Below are positions 1 through 11,013 of a stretch of DNA of 64,000 nt, one piece after another. Source of the stretch: a virus; the IMG/VR virus record IMGVR_UViG_3300022752_000024, positions 64,001 through 128,000 of that record, one strand, 5' to 3'. A program made the position numbers and the translations under genes. Under the pieces are notes generated by a model, which was not told where the DNA came from, made no database searches, and was given only the letters and a program-made list of their open reading frames with translations. Within the stretch, counting starts at the first letter, position 1, and each line of letters opens with the position of its first letter.

Positions 1-2370
1 GATGTTGGTTACATCGGTGTTAGCAGTATTAAATGCAGCTTGAGCTAACACATTGGCAGTATTGGCTTTATCGAATGCTGCTTGTGCAAGTGTTGTACTG
101 ATAGCAGTATTTACTACAGACAATATTCTACCGTTAGCAGCAACAGTAATTACAGGAACGTAACTAGTATTTCCATAAGTACCAGCAGTTGTACTAATAG
201 TGGTTACATCGGTGTTAGCAGTATTAAATGCAGCTTGAGCTAACACATTGGCAGTATTAGCTTGATTAAATGCTGATTGAGTATAGGTATTTTGGGTTGC
301 ATTAATACCTACCTGAAGCGTAACACTATTTGCTACATTATTTGTCGCAGTATTAGCTTGGTCAAATGCTGCTTGAGCAAGTATACCAGCATTATTAGCT
401 GTATTATATGCACCTTGAGCTGTTGCTCCTGATATAAATGTGTTTACTACAGACACCACTCTACCATTAGCAGAAACAGTAATTACAGGAATAATAGTGG
501 AATTTCCATAAGTACCAGCAGTTGTACTAATATTGGTTACATCAGTATTAGCAGTATTAAATGCAGCTTGAGCTAAAACGTTAGCACTATTAGCTTTATC
601 GAATGCTGCTTGAGCAACTACGTTAGCAGTATTGGCTTGGTTAAATGCAGCTTGAGCTAACACATTGGCAGTATTGGCTTTATCGAATGCTGCTTGAGCT
701 AACACATTGGCACTATTAGCTTGATTAAATGCTGATTGAGTAAATATATTTAAAAGATTTGCTGCTTTAGAACTTGCAACTGTCGAAGAACTGGTTGATA
801 CTATAGAATCGCTAATTAAATTTGCGGTTAATATCTTAGAGAAACTAGTTGAGTTATCAACATCTCGTATTGCAAAATACTTATTTGACTCATCCCAGCG
901 AATTGTTGCATTTGCGCCAGATGTTCCTCTATTGACAGAGAAATCACTATTTTGTCCAATAGAGGAACCCGCATTAATTGTAAATGTGGGTGTGTTGTAT
1001 ACCGTTGTTCCATTAAGAACAAAATTTCCATCTACTGTTAATTGTCCAAACGCTCTAATATTATTAAATTTTGCCTGTGTGACGTTATTTGCATCAAATG
1101 TTGTATTTGCAAATATATTTTCTGCAAAAATAGTAGATGTATTGATTGTAGCAGTATTAACAGAAGTATTTGCTTGTAGTCTATTGGTAAAGGTATTTCC
1201 TGTTACACTCAAGATAGCGGTATTAACAGAAGTATTTGCTTGTAATCTATCAGTAAAAGTATTTCCAGTAACATATACTGTGACAGTAGCTTGTAAAGTG
1301 TTGGTAAATAATGTACCAGTAACATTTAAGTTACCTGTAGTAATATATGTGTTTGCTTGTAACTTATCAGTAAAAGTATTTCCAGTAACACTTAACGTAG
1401 CAGTATTAACAGAAGTATTTGCCTGTAAAGTATTGGTAAATGTGGTACCAGTAACACTCAAGGTAGCAGTATTTACATTTGTATTTGCCTGTAAAGTATT
1501 GGTAAATGTGGTACCAGTAACACTCAAGGTAGCAGTATTTACATTTGTATTTGCCTGTAAAGTATTGGTAAATGTGGTACCAGTAACACTCAAGGTAGCA
1601 GTATTTACATTTGTATTAGCTTGAAGTGCATTAGTAAATGTAGTACCTGTTACACTTAATGTTGATGTATTAACAGAGGTGTTTGCCTGTAAAGTATTTG
1701 TGAATGTAATACCAGTAACACTTAACGTAGCAGTATTTACATTTGTATTTGCTTGTAAAGTATTGGTAAATGTGGTACCAGTAACACTCAAGGTAGCAGT
1801 ATTTACAGAAGTATTTGCTTGTAATCTATTGGTAAAGCTATTACCAGTAACACTCAAGGTAGCAGTATTAACAGAAGTATTTGCCTGAAGGGTATCAGTA
1901 AAAGTATTTCCAGTAACACTTAACGTAGCAGTATTAACAGAAGTATTAGCTTGGATAGTATCAGTTATAGTTCTTAATGCAATAGTTGCATTTCCAGAAA
2001 CAACTGCTGATCCATTAACCAAAATGTTATTGGCAACATATAAACCAACATTAGCTCCATTAGCATATATGCCACCTGAAGCAATTAGAGCGGATCTTGT
2101 ATTTTGCAAATATACAAATCCATATTTAACTGCAAGATTATTATCTATGCTAACAGATGAACCAATACCTTCAACTGATAATTGTCCAGCAACGATAGCA
2201 TTATTGCCAACTTGTAGACTAAGAGGTGTAGAGTTTAGATAAAGAGTTCCTAAAGATTTAGTATAATTTCCTATAGCTAAATCATTATTTTCGTTGACGA
2301 GTTTGTTTGTTGTGACTACCCAATCACCAAATGTATTAGCATATTCTAGACGTATAACTGTATTAGCCAT
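1..2370 (-). CDS. Tail fibre-like protein, 3' end beyond window edge (not in ORF track)
   Basis: ATG at 2370 reads MANTVIRLEYANTFGDWVVTTNKLVNENN. Contains 22-aa repeats (LQANTNVNTATLSVTGTTFTNT) and AQAAFDKANTANVL-type coiled-coil repeats. Lies downstream of the baseplate genes. Confidence 0.8.
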   Translation of the reverse strand, partial: MANTVIRLEYANTFGDWVVTTNKLVNENNDLAIGNYTKSLGTLYLNSTPLSLQVGNNAIVAGQLSVEGIGSSVSIDNNLAVKYGFVYLQNTRSALIASGGIYANGANVGLYVANNILVNGSAVVSGNATIALRTITDTIQANTSVNTATLSVTGNTFTDTLQANTSVNTATLSVTGNSFTNRLQANTSVNTATLSVTGTTFTNTLQANTNVNTATLSVTGITFTNTLQANTSVNTSTLSVTGTTFTNALQANTNVNTATLSVTGTTFTNTLQANTNVNTATLSVTGTTFTNTLQANTNVNTATLSVTGTTFTNTLQANTSVNTATLSVTGNTFTDKLQANTYITTGNLNVTGTLFTNTLQATVTVYVTGNTFTDRLQANTSVNTAILSVTGNTFTNRLQANTSVNTATINTSTIFAENIFANTTFDANNVTQAKFNNIRAFGQLTVDGNFVLNGTTVYNTPTFTINAGSSIGQNSDFSVNRGTSGANATIRWDESNKYFAIRDVDNSTSFSKILTANLISDSIVSTSSSTVASSKAANLLNIFTQSAFNQANSANVLAQAAFDKANTANVLAQAAFNQANTANVVAQAAFDKANSANVLAQAAFNTANTDVTNISTTAGTYGNSTIIPVITVSANGRVVSVVNTFISGATAQGAYNTANNAGILAQAAFDQANTATNNVANSVTLQVGINATQNTYTQSAFNQANTANVLAQAAFNTANTDVTTISTTAGTYGNTSYVPVITVAANGRILSVVNTAISTTLAQAAFDKANTANVLAQAAFNTANTDVTNI
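1150..1960 (-). repeat. 66-bp tandem coding repeats (22 aa, about 12 copies) in the tail fibre
   Basis: Unit gcctgtaaagtattggtaaatgtggtaccagtaacactcaaggtagcagtatttacatttgtattt recurs at 1421, 1487 and 1553, with degenerate copies on both sides. Confidence 0.9.
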
Positions 2371-2593
2371 TGTAACCTTTATCCAGTAGTTTTAGCATTA
2401 ACTGTTTAATTTCATACATATCATCTTTGATACTAGAAATCTCAGCCTTTACTGTATTTATTTCATCTTCCTGCGTCTTTAACATTCTAACTTTAGAATA
2501 GTATTCATTTCTTGCTGTTTCATCTATGTTCATAAGTGCCATATTATTAGTATCTCTAACAAAAGAGGTACCAGTTACTTTTACTAGAGCCAT
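2363..2593 (-). CDS. Small hypothetical protein (coiled-coil C-terminus)
   Basis: ORF track; likely start MALVKVTGT at 2593; stop overlaps the next start. Confidence 0.7.
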   Translation of the reverse strand: MALVKVTGTSFVRDTNNMALMNIDETARNEYYSKVRMLKTQEDEINTVKAEISSIKDDMYEIKQLMLKLLDKGYNG

Positions 2594-2594
2594 A

Positions 2595-5500
2595 TTAGAA
2601 TCCTGTTCCAGTTGGTAGTGCCAACGCACGCATGTCTGCTAAGAATGGTACAGCAGTCTTATCATTAGTTGTCATAACTATCTTAATTGCAAATTGATTA
2701 AATGTGGTATATGTTGTTTCATTTGTGCTAGTATATGCTACTTGATTGTTAGCAACATTTCCAACTCCAGGAGCAGCTTCAAATTCTAAAATATTTGTTC
2801 TAGAACTTGAGAACATGTTTCCAGTATTATTTAAGTATGTCATAAGTTGCCAAGAACCGTTTTCAAATGCTTGGTCATCATTTTGATTTTGTATGCGATA
2901 GAACACATAGATATTCGTTCCTGCTGGACGATAAGCAGAAAAGAACACTCTTAAATCTCCAGAATCATTTGTTGCCAATGTAGTTTTCTTAGTTACATAT
3001 GCTGACAAAGCGTTACCACCAGAAGAAGAATACTCAGATATTCCTGTAGCGGATGCTCCTGTTCCTGGTGTAGTATTTGCATCAATAATGCTATATGTTG
3101 GTGTGCTTAAATATCCACTACCAGAAGACGTTAAGTAAACAGACTGAACAACTCCTCCACTAATATTTGCTGCTGCATACGCTTGAGTTCCTCCTGATAC
3201 ATCTGGTGAAGAAATCGTAACGCTAGTAGTGTTTGCATTATATCCACTACCACCATTTACTAGCACGATATTATTATTAGATAACTCCAAATTATTAATA
3301 TTCCATTTTATATTAAATAGTGTTAATCCATCATCAGACAACACTGGACTAATATTAGTTGAACTTGAAGATAGTGTTGCATATAAGAAAAATGAGTTTG
3401 AATTATTAGCTTGAAGAACTCTTGGACCGTAGCCATCATTTAAATATATGTTATCAAAAGTAGGACATCCAAATTTTCCAGGGATAGCAGTCTTTTCTTG
3501 ACCTAATGTCAATGTTGATTTTATTGTTGGAATATAGCTATATGAAATATTAGTGCCTGTTGTTATAAGATCAGTTGTGCTGATGTTGAATGCATGACTT
3601 TCAACATCTTGTTTCGTATATACTCCTTGTACATTATCAGATAAGTCAGCAGAATAATATCCTTGAATACCTTTAATCGCAGTTTTTCTATTTGGTAAAT
3701 TTTTAGGAACAGAAAACTTAATTTTTGGTGTTTTGGTGATATCAAAGACACATCGACTGACAACAAACATCATAGCTTTTGTTTGATCTGCTGTCCAAGT
3801 AATGGCATTTTGAGACTCAAATAACGCACCAACATACGGCTCACTACCAATTTTAGTGACAGTAGTTGGAGTTACGTCTGTAGGTTTAACTTTGGCTGTT
3901 GACGGAAGTGCTATAGCATTTTTTGACGCAACATATACAGAGTAATCTTGCGATGCACTTTGCAAAACAAATGCATACAAGTTATTAGGTTGAATATAAA
4001 TTGGAGCTTCAAACGTAAATTCTGTCCAAGTTGTAGAATCCAAATAGTGAGGTGTGCTGGATACATTAACTTTATTTGGATGTAAAGTAACAATGGAGTG
4101 ATCTAATGTTTGACCGTTAGGATAACCATTTTGTGTTCCAACAACAGATAAGGTTATTGGAATGTCTGTTGTTGTTGGTTTGTTTTGGAAGAAAAGTTTC
4201 ACGGAGTTAATGAATACGCCGTTAGGATAGTCTACACCATTAATATTAAACGCTTGAGCAACAGGATCTAAAGTATTTAAAACTGTTGACTCGGTAGTAA
4301 TTTGAGTTTGAGTAACTGAATTTTGTTGTGCGTTTGTCTGTTTGAAAGTTTGTGATGCTGCATAAACTGAAGATGCAAAATTTCTTGATAAAGATTTTGA
4401 TGATAACCCAGTAGCATAGAACGTTGCTTCTGCCCAAGTGGTTGCACTATTTGCCGTATCATCCGCAGTTCTGTTATCTATACGGAAAACTCTTTCTCCA
4501 GTTTTGAATATTCCTTCAGGTACGTCAAATATTCCAACAAAGGCGCCTTTTTCGTCAGTAGATAACTTAGCAGTTCCGCCTTCAGATAACGTGAGTTTAT
4601 AGCTATCTTTTGTACCAGCTATCGAATACGATGAAGTTATTGAACCACCTACGAGGGTATTGTCTCCAATACTAACATTGATTGGTGTACTTAATGTGGC
4701 AACTTTAGTCGATCCATCGTATGCCGTGATTGTTGCAGTATACGTGTTAGTTACTTGAGATTTAAGGTACGTAGGAACTGCCCCAACATAAGCATTATAA
4801 TTATAATAGGTACTGCTTAATTTATTGTCAGTAGATCGAGTACCAAAATTATAGAGTGTTTCAGCATTTATGTATGTTGAAGTGACACTTATTTTACATC
4901 CTACATAAAAATCGTTGTTAGCTGATGCAACAGTACTTAATACTATTTGAGTTGCACCTGTGTAATATAATCCACCACCAACCATAGAAGCTGCTGTTCC
5001 TGAATTCAATGGAGCTGCCGTTTCTGTGTACTGGCTAGTATTGTATATCATATTTCCTGCGCTATCGGTGATAGTCATAGCCGCACATGAAGGATTTTTT
5101 GCTTGGGTTCCTCCTTTATTATTATTAGCAGTCAGACGAACCGTATGATTTCCTGCTGTTAATATTTTTGTCTGAGTATATTGTGTTTTATATGCTGTTC
5201 CATTAACTACTTGAGTACCATCCACATATATTTTTCCAATGTTATCAAACATACCATTAAATGTATATGTTCCTGCCGTTGGAAAATTAACTGTAAAGGA
5301 TACATCAAAAGGATTTGTTGAGGTAGAATTAGACCAAACCCCATATTTATTCATAAAGTCTGTCCAAGCTGGACTATTCACTCTATAGAGAATAAGAGAT
5401 TGTGTATTTGCATCTGTAAATGTTCCACCAACTGCACTAATTTTTCCGGAAAGATTTACTGTAATTGGATGATTTTCTCCGGCCGTTCCATATGCGGTGC

Positions 5501-8500
5501 TAGATACATAGGCACCATTTTGATCAAATATCGCATTGTATATTGTAGGTGTGTAATCTCTGAATCCCGAAAACGTCTGCGAGCAAACGTATAAGCGAAC
5601 ATTACTTGTACCAGCATATGCTTGTACAGAAGCAACTATTGCAATAGGATAAAAATTTCCACTTGAATCTTTATATCCAACTATGTCGTCTTCATTAAAT
5701 GTTCCTGTGACGTTGGTTAATTCAATAATATCAGGATTAGTAATATAATTATCTACACTAATTCCATCAAAGAATGTTTTAATTGGTGTATTAACTTTTA
5801 GTGATTTGGCTCTAATCAATAAAGACTGTTTACGAATATATGGTTGAATACTAGCATCTTTAATATAACCATTTATGTTTTCGTATGAAGTTCCCAAGTT
5901 AGTATACGCACCTTGAGTTGCTTGCTGTAATTGTGTTGGGGTTGTACCTGATGTTTTTGCTACCTGACTGGCAGTAGGAACTAATGTTGACGGAATAGAT
6001 TGCCAATTATTTACATTTATAGTGTTTAGTGAATCTGATGTCTGAGAAACTTTAGTAGTATTATCAACAAGTATTGCATTAGGTTCTCTTGTATCATCAA
6101 CCCAGTTATCCATAGGAGGATTTACGCTACAAACTCCTTGATAAACTGGTGTAGTAAATTGATTTGCAAATACTGTAGTACTAGCTAATTTTTGTTCAAC
6201 AAGTCCAGCAGTAGAATATGGTAAAGTAAAAATATTAGTTGATTTTCCAATAGTATGAACTTTATAACCCAATGTACTAGGACTTGTAGAAATTTGTCCT
6301 AATGCGCTTACAGAATCGACTGGTTGTAAAGGATAACTAGTTACACTTTGAGAAGAAGTCATCTGTTGTGTTACACGGTCGATAGCCGCATTAAAATCTG
6401 GACTTCCAGTATCAGAAACAACAGTTGAACTGAAGTTGTCAACGACAATACCATTTTTAAATCTATTTAATCCTCTAGAGTCTGCAACTTGTAATCTGTT
6501 GGCATTTTGTTCCAGTAAATTTAATGTAGTATAATATTCAATATTATTAACTTGATTTTGTAGAGTAGTAATATCATTCATCGTCCAACGACGGTGACGA
6601 ACTTTTTCTATCGATAAGTTTGGCGAAGTTCCTTGAGGTGCCTCACTAGGTAAATATACGGTATATGGATCATGAGTTAAATTTGCAATCTCCAATGCAC
6701 CATCCGGTTTAGTTGGAAATATTGGATTAGTTGCAGGATTACCTTGAATAATTTGAAAATTCTTATCTTTACTCAGAACGAGTTTATCTTTTCTTCCATA
6801 ATAGAAAGAATAATTACTAATAAAATTTGTCAAATCTTGAGGAATATATGTACCTGCGTCAGATGATGCCGGATCTGCACTCGTTTCCAAACCATAAGTT
6901 GCTGTTGCATTCTTGCGAGAAGGTCTAAAATCTAAACAGTCACGAAGATTATAGCTATTCCCATTAGTTGCAGTATATGTAGGTATTTCTCCATAAGATT
7001 CGCTGGTATATAATTGACCAGAAAAATATCCATCTGCGGCAGAATGACTATAAAAATCGAATATTACTAAAATGTTTCCTTTTGGTTTAGGTGCATTTGG
7101 TCTTAGTGTTAAGAATGCATGATCATAGAATGTATCTTTTTGACCATTATTAAATGCAAAAGATTTTGTAATATCATACGATGCTCCTGTTAACATACTG
7201 GTTGTAGGTACAGTACCTGGTGCACCGGTATCAATAATTTTTTTGATTTTCTTTACGTCAGTAACATATAAACTTTGTGTTTGTCCATAACCAACTAATC
7301 CAGCATTTTTAATATAAACTTGACCATTAGTTAAATCGACATATGTATTACTGTTAATAACACCACTAGGACCAGCATAACTTACTATTGATGTGTTTCC
7401 TGTTACTAGTGTTTTTCTTCTTTGAATAGCAGTAGTATCATCAGCATTAGTGATGTTAATATTTGAGATAACAGTAACAGATAATGGAGTTTTATATTTT
7501 GTTGATGAGAAAGTTACTGTGTTTTTATCAGAAGAAACCGTTACCGTGTTTCCTGATGTACAAAAGTCCATAATCGAACCTACGGTACCATTATTTGCAG
7601 TATCAGTCGTACTTGTGACGATAACGGTATAGTTTCTCTTTATTGCATCTGTACTTAATGTTCCAGTACCACCAGCAAAATCAACTAAACTTTGAATACC
7701 TACTGGTAGTGTAAGTGCCAAACTAACCGTGCCCGAACCGCTAAATGATTTATTTCTAAATGTTTTTGTCGATGAGTAAGAACTATCGCTTATTGTTGCA
7801 ATATATGGATTTCCTATTGGATAAATTAGTTCAGGCGACTGTGGATTATTTAAAATAGTAGATCCTGTAGCTACTCCTCCAACCTTTCCTGTAGTCACAT
7901 TAATATTTGAATTTGCAACAAGAGTATATGTTCCTGGCGTAGTGCTTACAACGGTCTCTACGTCTTTTGTAGTAAATCGTAAAGAGAATTTAGATGTAGT
8001 ATCTGGAGTGATAGGAAATATTGGATTAATAGTAGCTGTTTTTGTTGATCCAGTATATGAGGTGATTGTTCCTGTATATCCTGCACCAGTTCCAGAATCA
8101 ATAGTTAGAATAACTCCAAAGTATGCGTTTGTTGTTGCAGAAAATTGTCCTGTAGTATCATAAAAAACAATATTAGTAGCTGATGCAGAGGAAACGTTAC
8201 TACTTAACGTGTTTGCCGTAATGCTATAAACGTAAGACCTATAGACATATGAAGCTGTGTTTGCATCAGTTAAATTACGATCATATACTAGATTTCTGAT
8301 ATAACCTTTTCCAACTAACGTGGAATTATATGTTGTTGTATTAGTTGAGACAATATTGGTAACAGGAACAAGATGTAAATCAACAGCTTGTCCTACAGTT
8401 CCATCAAAAACGCCTTTAACGGTATCAACATAAAAATATGAACCGTAATCAGTATATACAGAATTATTATTGACACTTTCTGTTGCTCTGGAACGATCAT

Positions 8501-9581
8501 TATTTAAAACTATATCCGATTGATTTTCAATTCTATATCCACGAACATATGCAACACCTTTTCCAATTTTAATATTATATTTTGCACTATTGGTGTTATC
8601 TGCTGTAGTTCCTAAAGCAAAATCATTAACAATAAAATCACCATTTGTGTCAAATGTTCTCTTTGCAATATAATCATCAATAGTTGAATATACGGTACTA
8701 TCTACCTGCTTCACAATACTACCAGAATTAATGCGAACTAATTCAATAAATCCGTCATCGTTTCCTAGTTCAAGTGGTAATGTGGTCAATGTTAATATGA
8801 TAGTGTATCTATCAGCACCAGGTGCCTGATAGTTCGATGCGCCAATTGCAGGATCTAATAGAGAAGGATCATCAATATAGTCTGAAACGGTTTCGGTAAT
8901 ATTCAATCCAATACGATATGATGGTGTACTGGTGTATTTGTTTAAAATAATTGTTTGTGGTTGTACTGCAACAAAGTTACCAATGGTATACTTACTATAG
9001 CTACCATCATCATTTTGTGTTTTAGATGTATAATATCCATGTCTTACGTAAAAAACACCATCTGAAATAGATGCAACAGATGAAAGACCGGTACAAGTTG
9101 TCCCACCAGCAGTACCAGAAGTTAGCGCAGTATAGTTGGATCCATCTACTGGAAATATTTGAGTGGCATCACCAAACTGTCCACCAGAGAAGTAAGATAT
9201 AATGAGCGTTGGTGGATCACCGGCACCACCAGAAGAACCTGTTGCTTCGGCAGTTGCAATGACTTTAGCTAAAACTGTTCCTGTTGCGTTTGTAATGATT
9301 CTGTTTTTAAAATCACTTGCAACAACATCTACGCCATTATATTGACTAGTAAGTTTTAAATAATAACATTTCAAATTTACTGTGACTTTACCTCCACTTA
9401 CTGGAGTATTTCCAGCAAAAATATTATCAGCAAAACTAGAAATTTGTCTCTGTAATGAAGTCTGAAGCTGTGTTAGTTCACGAGACTGTACAGCGTATCC
9501 TGGTTTAAATAGAATGCGATGATAATTCTTTGATGGATCAAAATCATCAAAGTATGGTGCACCAGTAAAAGATATAGCCAT
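2595..9581 (-). CDS. Large virion structural protein, DUF4815/VrlC-like
   Basis: 2328 aa. N-terminus APYFDDFDPSKNYHRILFKPGYAVQSRELTQLQ, APGADRY, RFKNGIVVDNF and DPVAQAF are typical of this family. Follows gp8. Confidence 0.85.
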   Translation of the reverse strand: MAISFTGAPYFDDFDPSKNYHRILFKPGYAVQSRELTQLQTSLQRQISSFADNIFAGNTPVSGGKVTVNLKCYYLKLTSQYNGVDVVASDFKNRIITNATGTVLAKVIATAEATGSSGGAGDPPTLIISYFSGGQFGDATQIFPVDGSNYTALTSGTAGGTTCTGLSSVASISDGVFYVRHGYYTSKTQNDDGSYSKYTIGNFVAVQPQTIILNKYTSTPSYRIGLNITETVSDYIDDPSLLDPAIGASNYQAPGADRYTIILTLTTLPLELGNDDGFIELVRINSGSIVKQVDSTVYSTIDDYIAKRTFDTNGDFIVNDFALGTTADNTNSAKYNIKIGKGVAYVRGYRIENQSDIVLNNDRSRATESVNNNSVYTDYGSYFYVDTVKGVFDGTVGQAVDLHLVPVTNIVSTNTTTYNSTLVGKGYIRNLVYDRNLTDANTASYVYRSYVYSITANTLSSNVSSASATNIVFYDTTGQFSATTNAYFGVILTIDSGTGAGYTGTITSYTGSTKTATINPIFPITPDTTSKFSLRFTTKDVETVVSTTPGTYTLVANSNINVTTGKVGGVATGSTILNNPQSPELIYPIGNPYIATISDSSYSSTKTFRNKSFSGSGTVSLALTLPVGIQSLVDFAGGTGTLSTDAIKRNYTVIVTSTTDTANNGTVGSIMDFCTSGNTVTVSSDKNTVTFSSTKYKTPLSVTVISNINITNADDTTAIQRRKTLVTGNTSIVSYAGPSGVINSNTYVDLTNGQVYIKNAGLVGYGQTQSLYVTDVKKIKKIIDTGAPGTVPTTSMLTGASYDITKSFAFNNGQKDTFYDHAFLTLRPNAPKPKGNILVIFDFYSHSAADGYFSGQLYTSESYGEIPTYTATNGNSYNLRDCLDFRPSRKNATATYGLETSADPASSDAGTYIPQDLTNFISNYSFYYGRKDKLVLSKDKNFQIIQGNPATNPIFPTKPDGALEIANLTHDPYTVYLPSEAPQGTSPNLSIEKVRHRRWTMNDITTLQNQVNNIEYYTTLNLLEQNANRLQVADSRGLNRFKNGIVVDNFSSTVVSDTGSPDFNAAIDRVTQQMTSSQSVTSYPLQPVDSVSALGQISTSPSTLGYKVHTIGKSTNIFTLPYSTAGLVEQKLASTTVFANQFTTPVYQGVCSVNPPMDNWVDDTREPNAILVDNTTKVSQTSDSLNTINVNNWQSIPSTLVPTASQVAKTSGTTPTQLQQATQGAYTNLGTSYENINGYIKDASIQPYIRKQSLLIRAKSLKVNTPIKTFFDGISVDNYITNPDIIELTNVTGTFNEDDIVGYKDSSGNFYPIAIVASVQAYAGTSNVRLYVCSQTFSGFRDYTPTIYNAIFDQNGAYVSSTAYGTAGENHPITVNLSGKISAVGGTFTDANTQSLILYRVNSPAWTDFMNKYGVWSNSTSTNPFDVSFTVNFPTAGTYTFNGMFDNIGKIYVDGTQVVNGTAYKTQYTQTKILTAGNHTVRLTANNNKGGTQAKNPSCAAMTITDSAGNMIYNTSQYTETAAPLNSGTAASMVGGGLYYTGATQIVLSTVASANNDFYVGCKISVTSTYINAETLYNFGTRSTDNKLSSTYYNYNAYVGAVPTYLKSQVTNTYTATITAYDGSTKVATLSTPINVSIGDNTLVGGSITSSYSIAGTKDSYKLTLSEGGTAKLSTDEKGAFVGIFDVPEGIFKTGERVFRIDNRTADDTANSATTWAEATFYATGLSSKSLSRNFASSVYAASQTFKQTNAQQNSVTQTQITTESTVLNTLDPVAQAFNINGVDYPNGVFINSVKLFFQNKPTTTDIPITLSVVGTQNGYPNGQTLDHSIVTLHPNKVNVSSTPHYLDSTTWTEFTFEAPIYIQPNNLYAFVLQSASQDYSVYVASKNAIALPSTAKVKPTDVTPTTVTKIGSEPYVGALFESQNAITWTADQTKAMMFVVSRCVFDITKTPKIKFSVPKNLPNRKTAIKGIQGYYSADLSDNVQGVYTKQDVESHAFNISTTDLITTGTNISYSYIPTIKSTLTLGQEKTAIPGKFGCPTFDNIYLNDGYGPRVLQANNSNSFFLYATLSSSSTNISPVLSDDGLTLFNIKWNINNLELSNNNIVLVNGGSGYNANTTSVTISSPDVSGGTQAYAAANISGGVVQSVYLTSSGSGYLSTPTYSIIDANTTPGTGASATGISEYSSSGGNALSAYVTKKTTLATNDSGDLRVFFSAYRPAGTNIYVFYRIQNQNDDQAFENGSWQLMTYLNNTGNMFSSSRTNILEFEAAPGVGNVANNQVAYTSTNETTYTTFNQFAIKIVMTTNDKTAVPFLADMRALALPTGTGF

Positions 9582-9590
9582 TTTTTTTCC

Positions 9591-11003
9591 TTAATAACCT
9601 ATTACTAATTTAAATTGTTCTATGCCGTCAATACTTCTTTGAATTTCTGCTCTGTTGTCTAAGTATATAATGTTTCCAGATAAAGTTGAGAAGTCTGGAG
9701 TATTATATGATAGAAGTGTTCTTGCTGTTTGAGATGAAGCACCATAAACAGACTTATTATTTACTGGAACACCTTTAGTATTTATCACCTTAATTACATT
9801 GCCCGCAGCATCAAAATTAACTACTACTCCAGTAAATGTTGCTGTTTCCAATGATGTACCTTGATATACCACTTCATCTTGCACATAAACACCAAATCCG
9901 GAAGTAGCAATTAAATTTGTTGTTGTTGAGTATATGGCTCCATTAGCAATTAGTGATTTATCTGAATATGGAGGATTAAAAGATATTGCAGTAGGATTAA
10001 TCATTAATCCAATTTGATGATAGTTTATGTCTGTTGATATTACGTCATTTTCAGAACCATCAAACTCTACAGAATACATTACTGTTTGAACACCAAGATC
10101 GTTTGCAAGTTGTTGACCGTGACCACCAATAGGAGACACAGGAGCAACAGCAGTAGCATTAGCACCAAATGATGAAGTGATAGTTACATTGGCATAAGTA
10201 TAATTTTTTCCTGAATTTGTAACAACAATATCAGTTAATACTCCACCACCTGACACGACAGCATAAGCTAAAGCAGATGTTCCTGTTACACCATTTGCAG
10301 CAGTACCATCACCTACAATTTTAATAGTTGGAAGACTATTTGAGCGATATCCTGAACCACCATTGGTAACATTAATAACATCAATATTCCCTACACCAAT
10401 AGTGGAGTTTTTAATATATGGATTTGGAGCTGTTGTACTAATGGGAACAGGAATCCAATTTGAGTCCATAAATTTAATCTTTGAGCCTTGATCGATGGTG
10501 TACAAATATTTCCATTTGTATCCATCTGCATTTTGATATATGTTATTGGTATAGAATACGCCAGGTTCAAAAAATGGTTCATACGTAGAAGGTGCACCAT
10601 TATTGTTCCATAAGCACTTAAATACTTGATCGTAACGATTTCTTACATAGAAGTTATATACTGGATATTGATTAGCATCTTTTGCTAGAATATCAACATC
10701 ATCTCTATAATATGCATAGACTACTCCATTAGTCCAGTCAATTCTACGAGCAACAAGCGAAATATCATTGGATGTGACTTTCTTTACAGCAAAAATACTT
10801 TTCATCACATATTTCAAATATTTTTGATCTTGTGTTGGTTGCGGCGGATTGTCATTATCTGTCCAAGGATCAACTTTAGCTAAAAAAGCATAAATTGATT
10901 CGAGTGGTTGAGCCGCATTTATAAGATACGAGTTTGGAGCAAAGTAGTTTAACTGTGCAGTAATCGTCTTAGCGTAAGTCGTGAGTATATTTTTATTTGC
11001 CAT
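9591..11003 (-). CDS. gp8: Baseplate wedge subunit
   Basis: VFKCLWNN, ADGYKWKYLYTI, PIGGHG and C-terminal EQFKLVIGY motifs; synteny. Confidence 0.85.
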   Translation of the reverse strand: MANKNILTTYAKTITAQLNYFAPNSYLINAAQPLESIYAFLAKVDPWTDNDNPPQPTQDQKYLKYVMKSIFAVKKVTSNDISLVARRIDWTNGVVYAYYRDDVDILAKDANQYPVYNFYVRNRYDQVFKCLWNNNGAPSTYEPFFEPGVFYTNNIYQNADGYKWKYLYTIDQGSKIKFMDSNWIPVPISTTAPNPYIKNSTIGVGNIDVINVTNGGSGYRSNSLPTIKIVGDGTAANGVTGTSALAYAVVSGGGVLTDIVVTNSGKNYTYANVTITSSFGANATAVAPVSPIGGHGQQLANDLGVQTVMYSVEFDGSENDVISTDINYHQIGLMINPTAISFNPPYSDKSLIANGAIYSTTTNLIATSGFGVYVQDEVVYQGTSLETATFTGVVVNFDAAGNVIKVINTKGVPVNNKSVYGASSQTARTLLSYNTPDFSTLSGNIIYLDNRAEIQRSIDGIEQFKLVIGY

Positions 11004-11013
11004 GTTTTATTTA

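Noticed and set aside
932-2242. Plus-strand ORFs of 230, 69 and 72 aa
   Set aside because: Antisense shadows of the repetitive minus-strand tail fibre gene.
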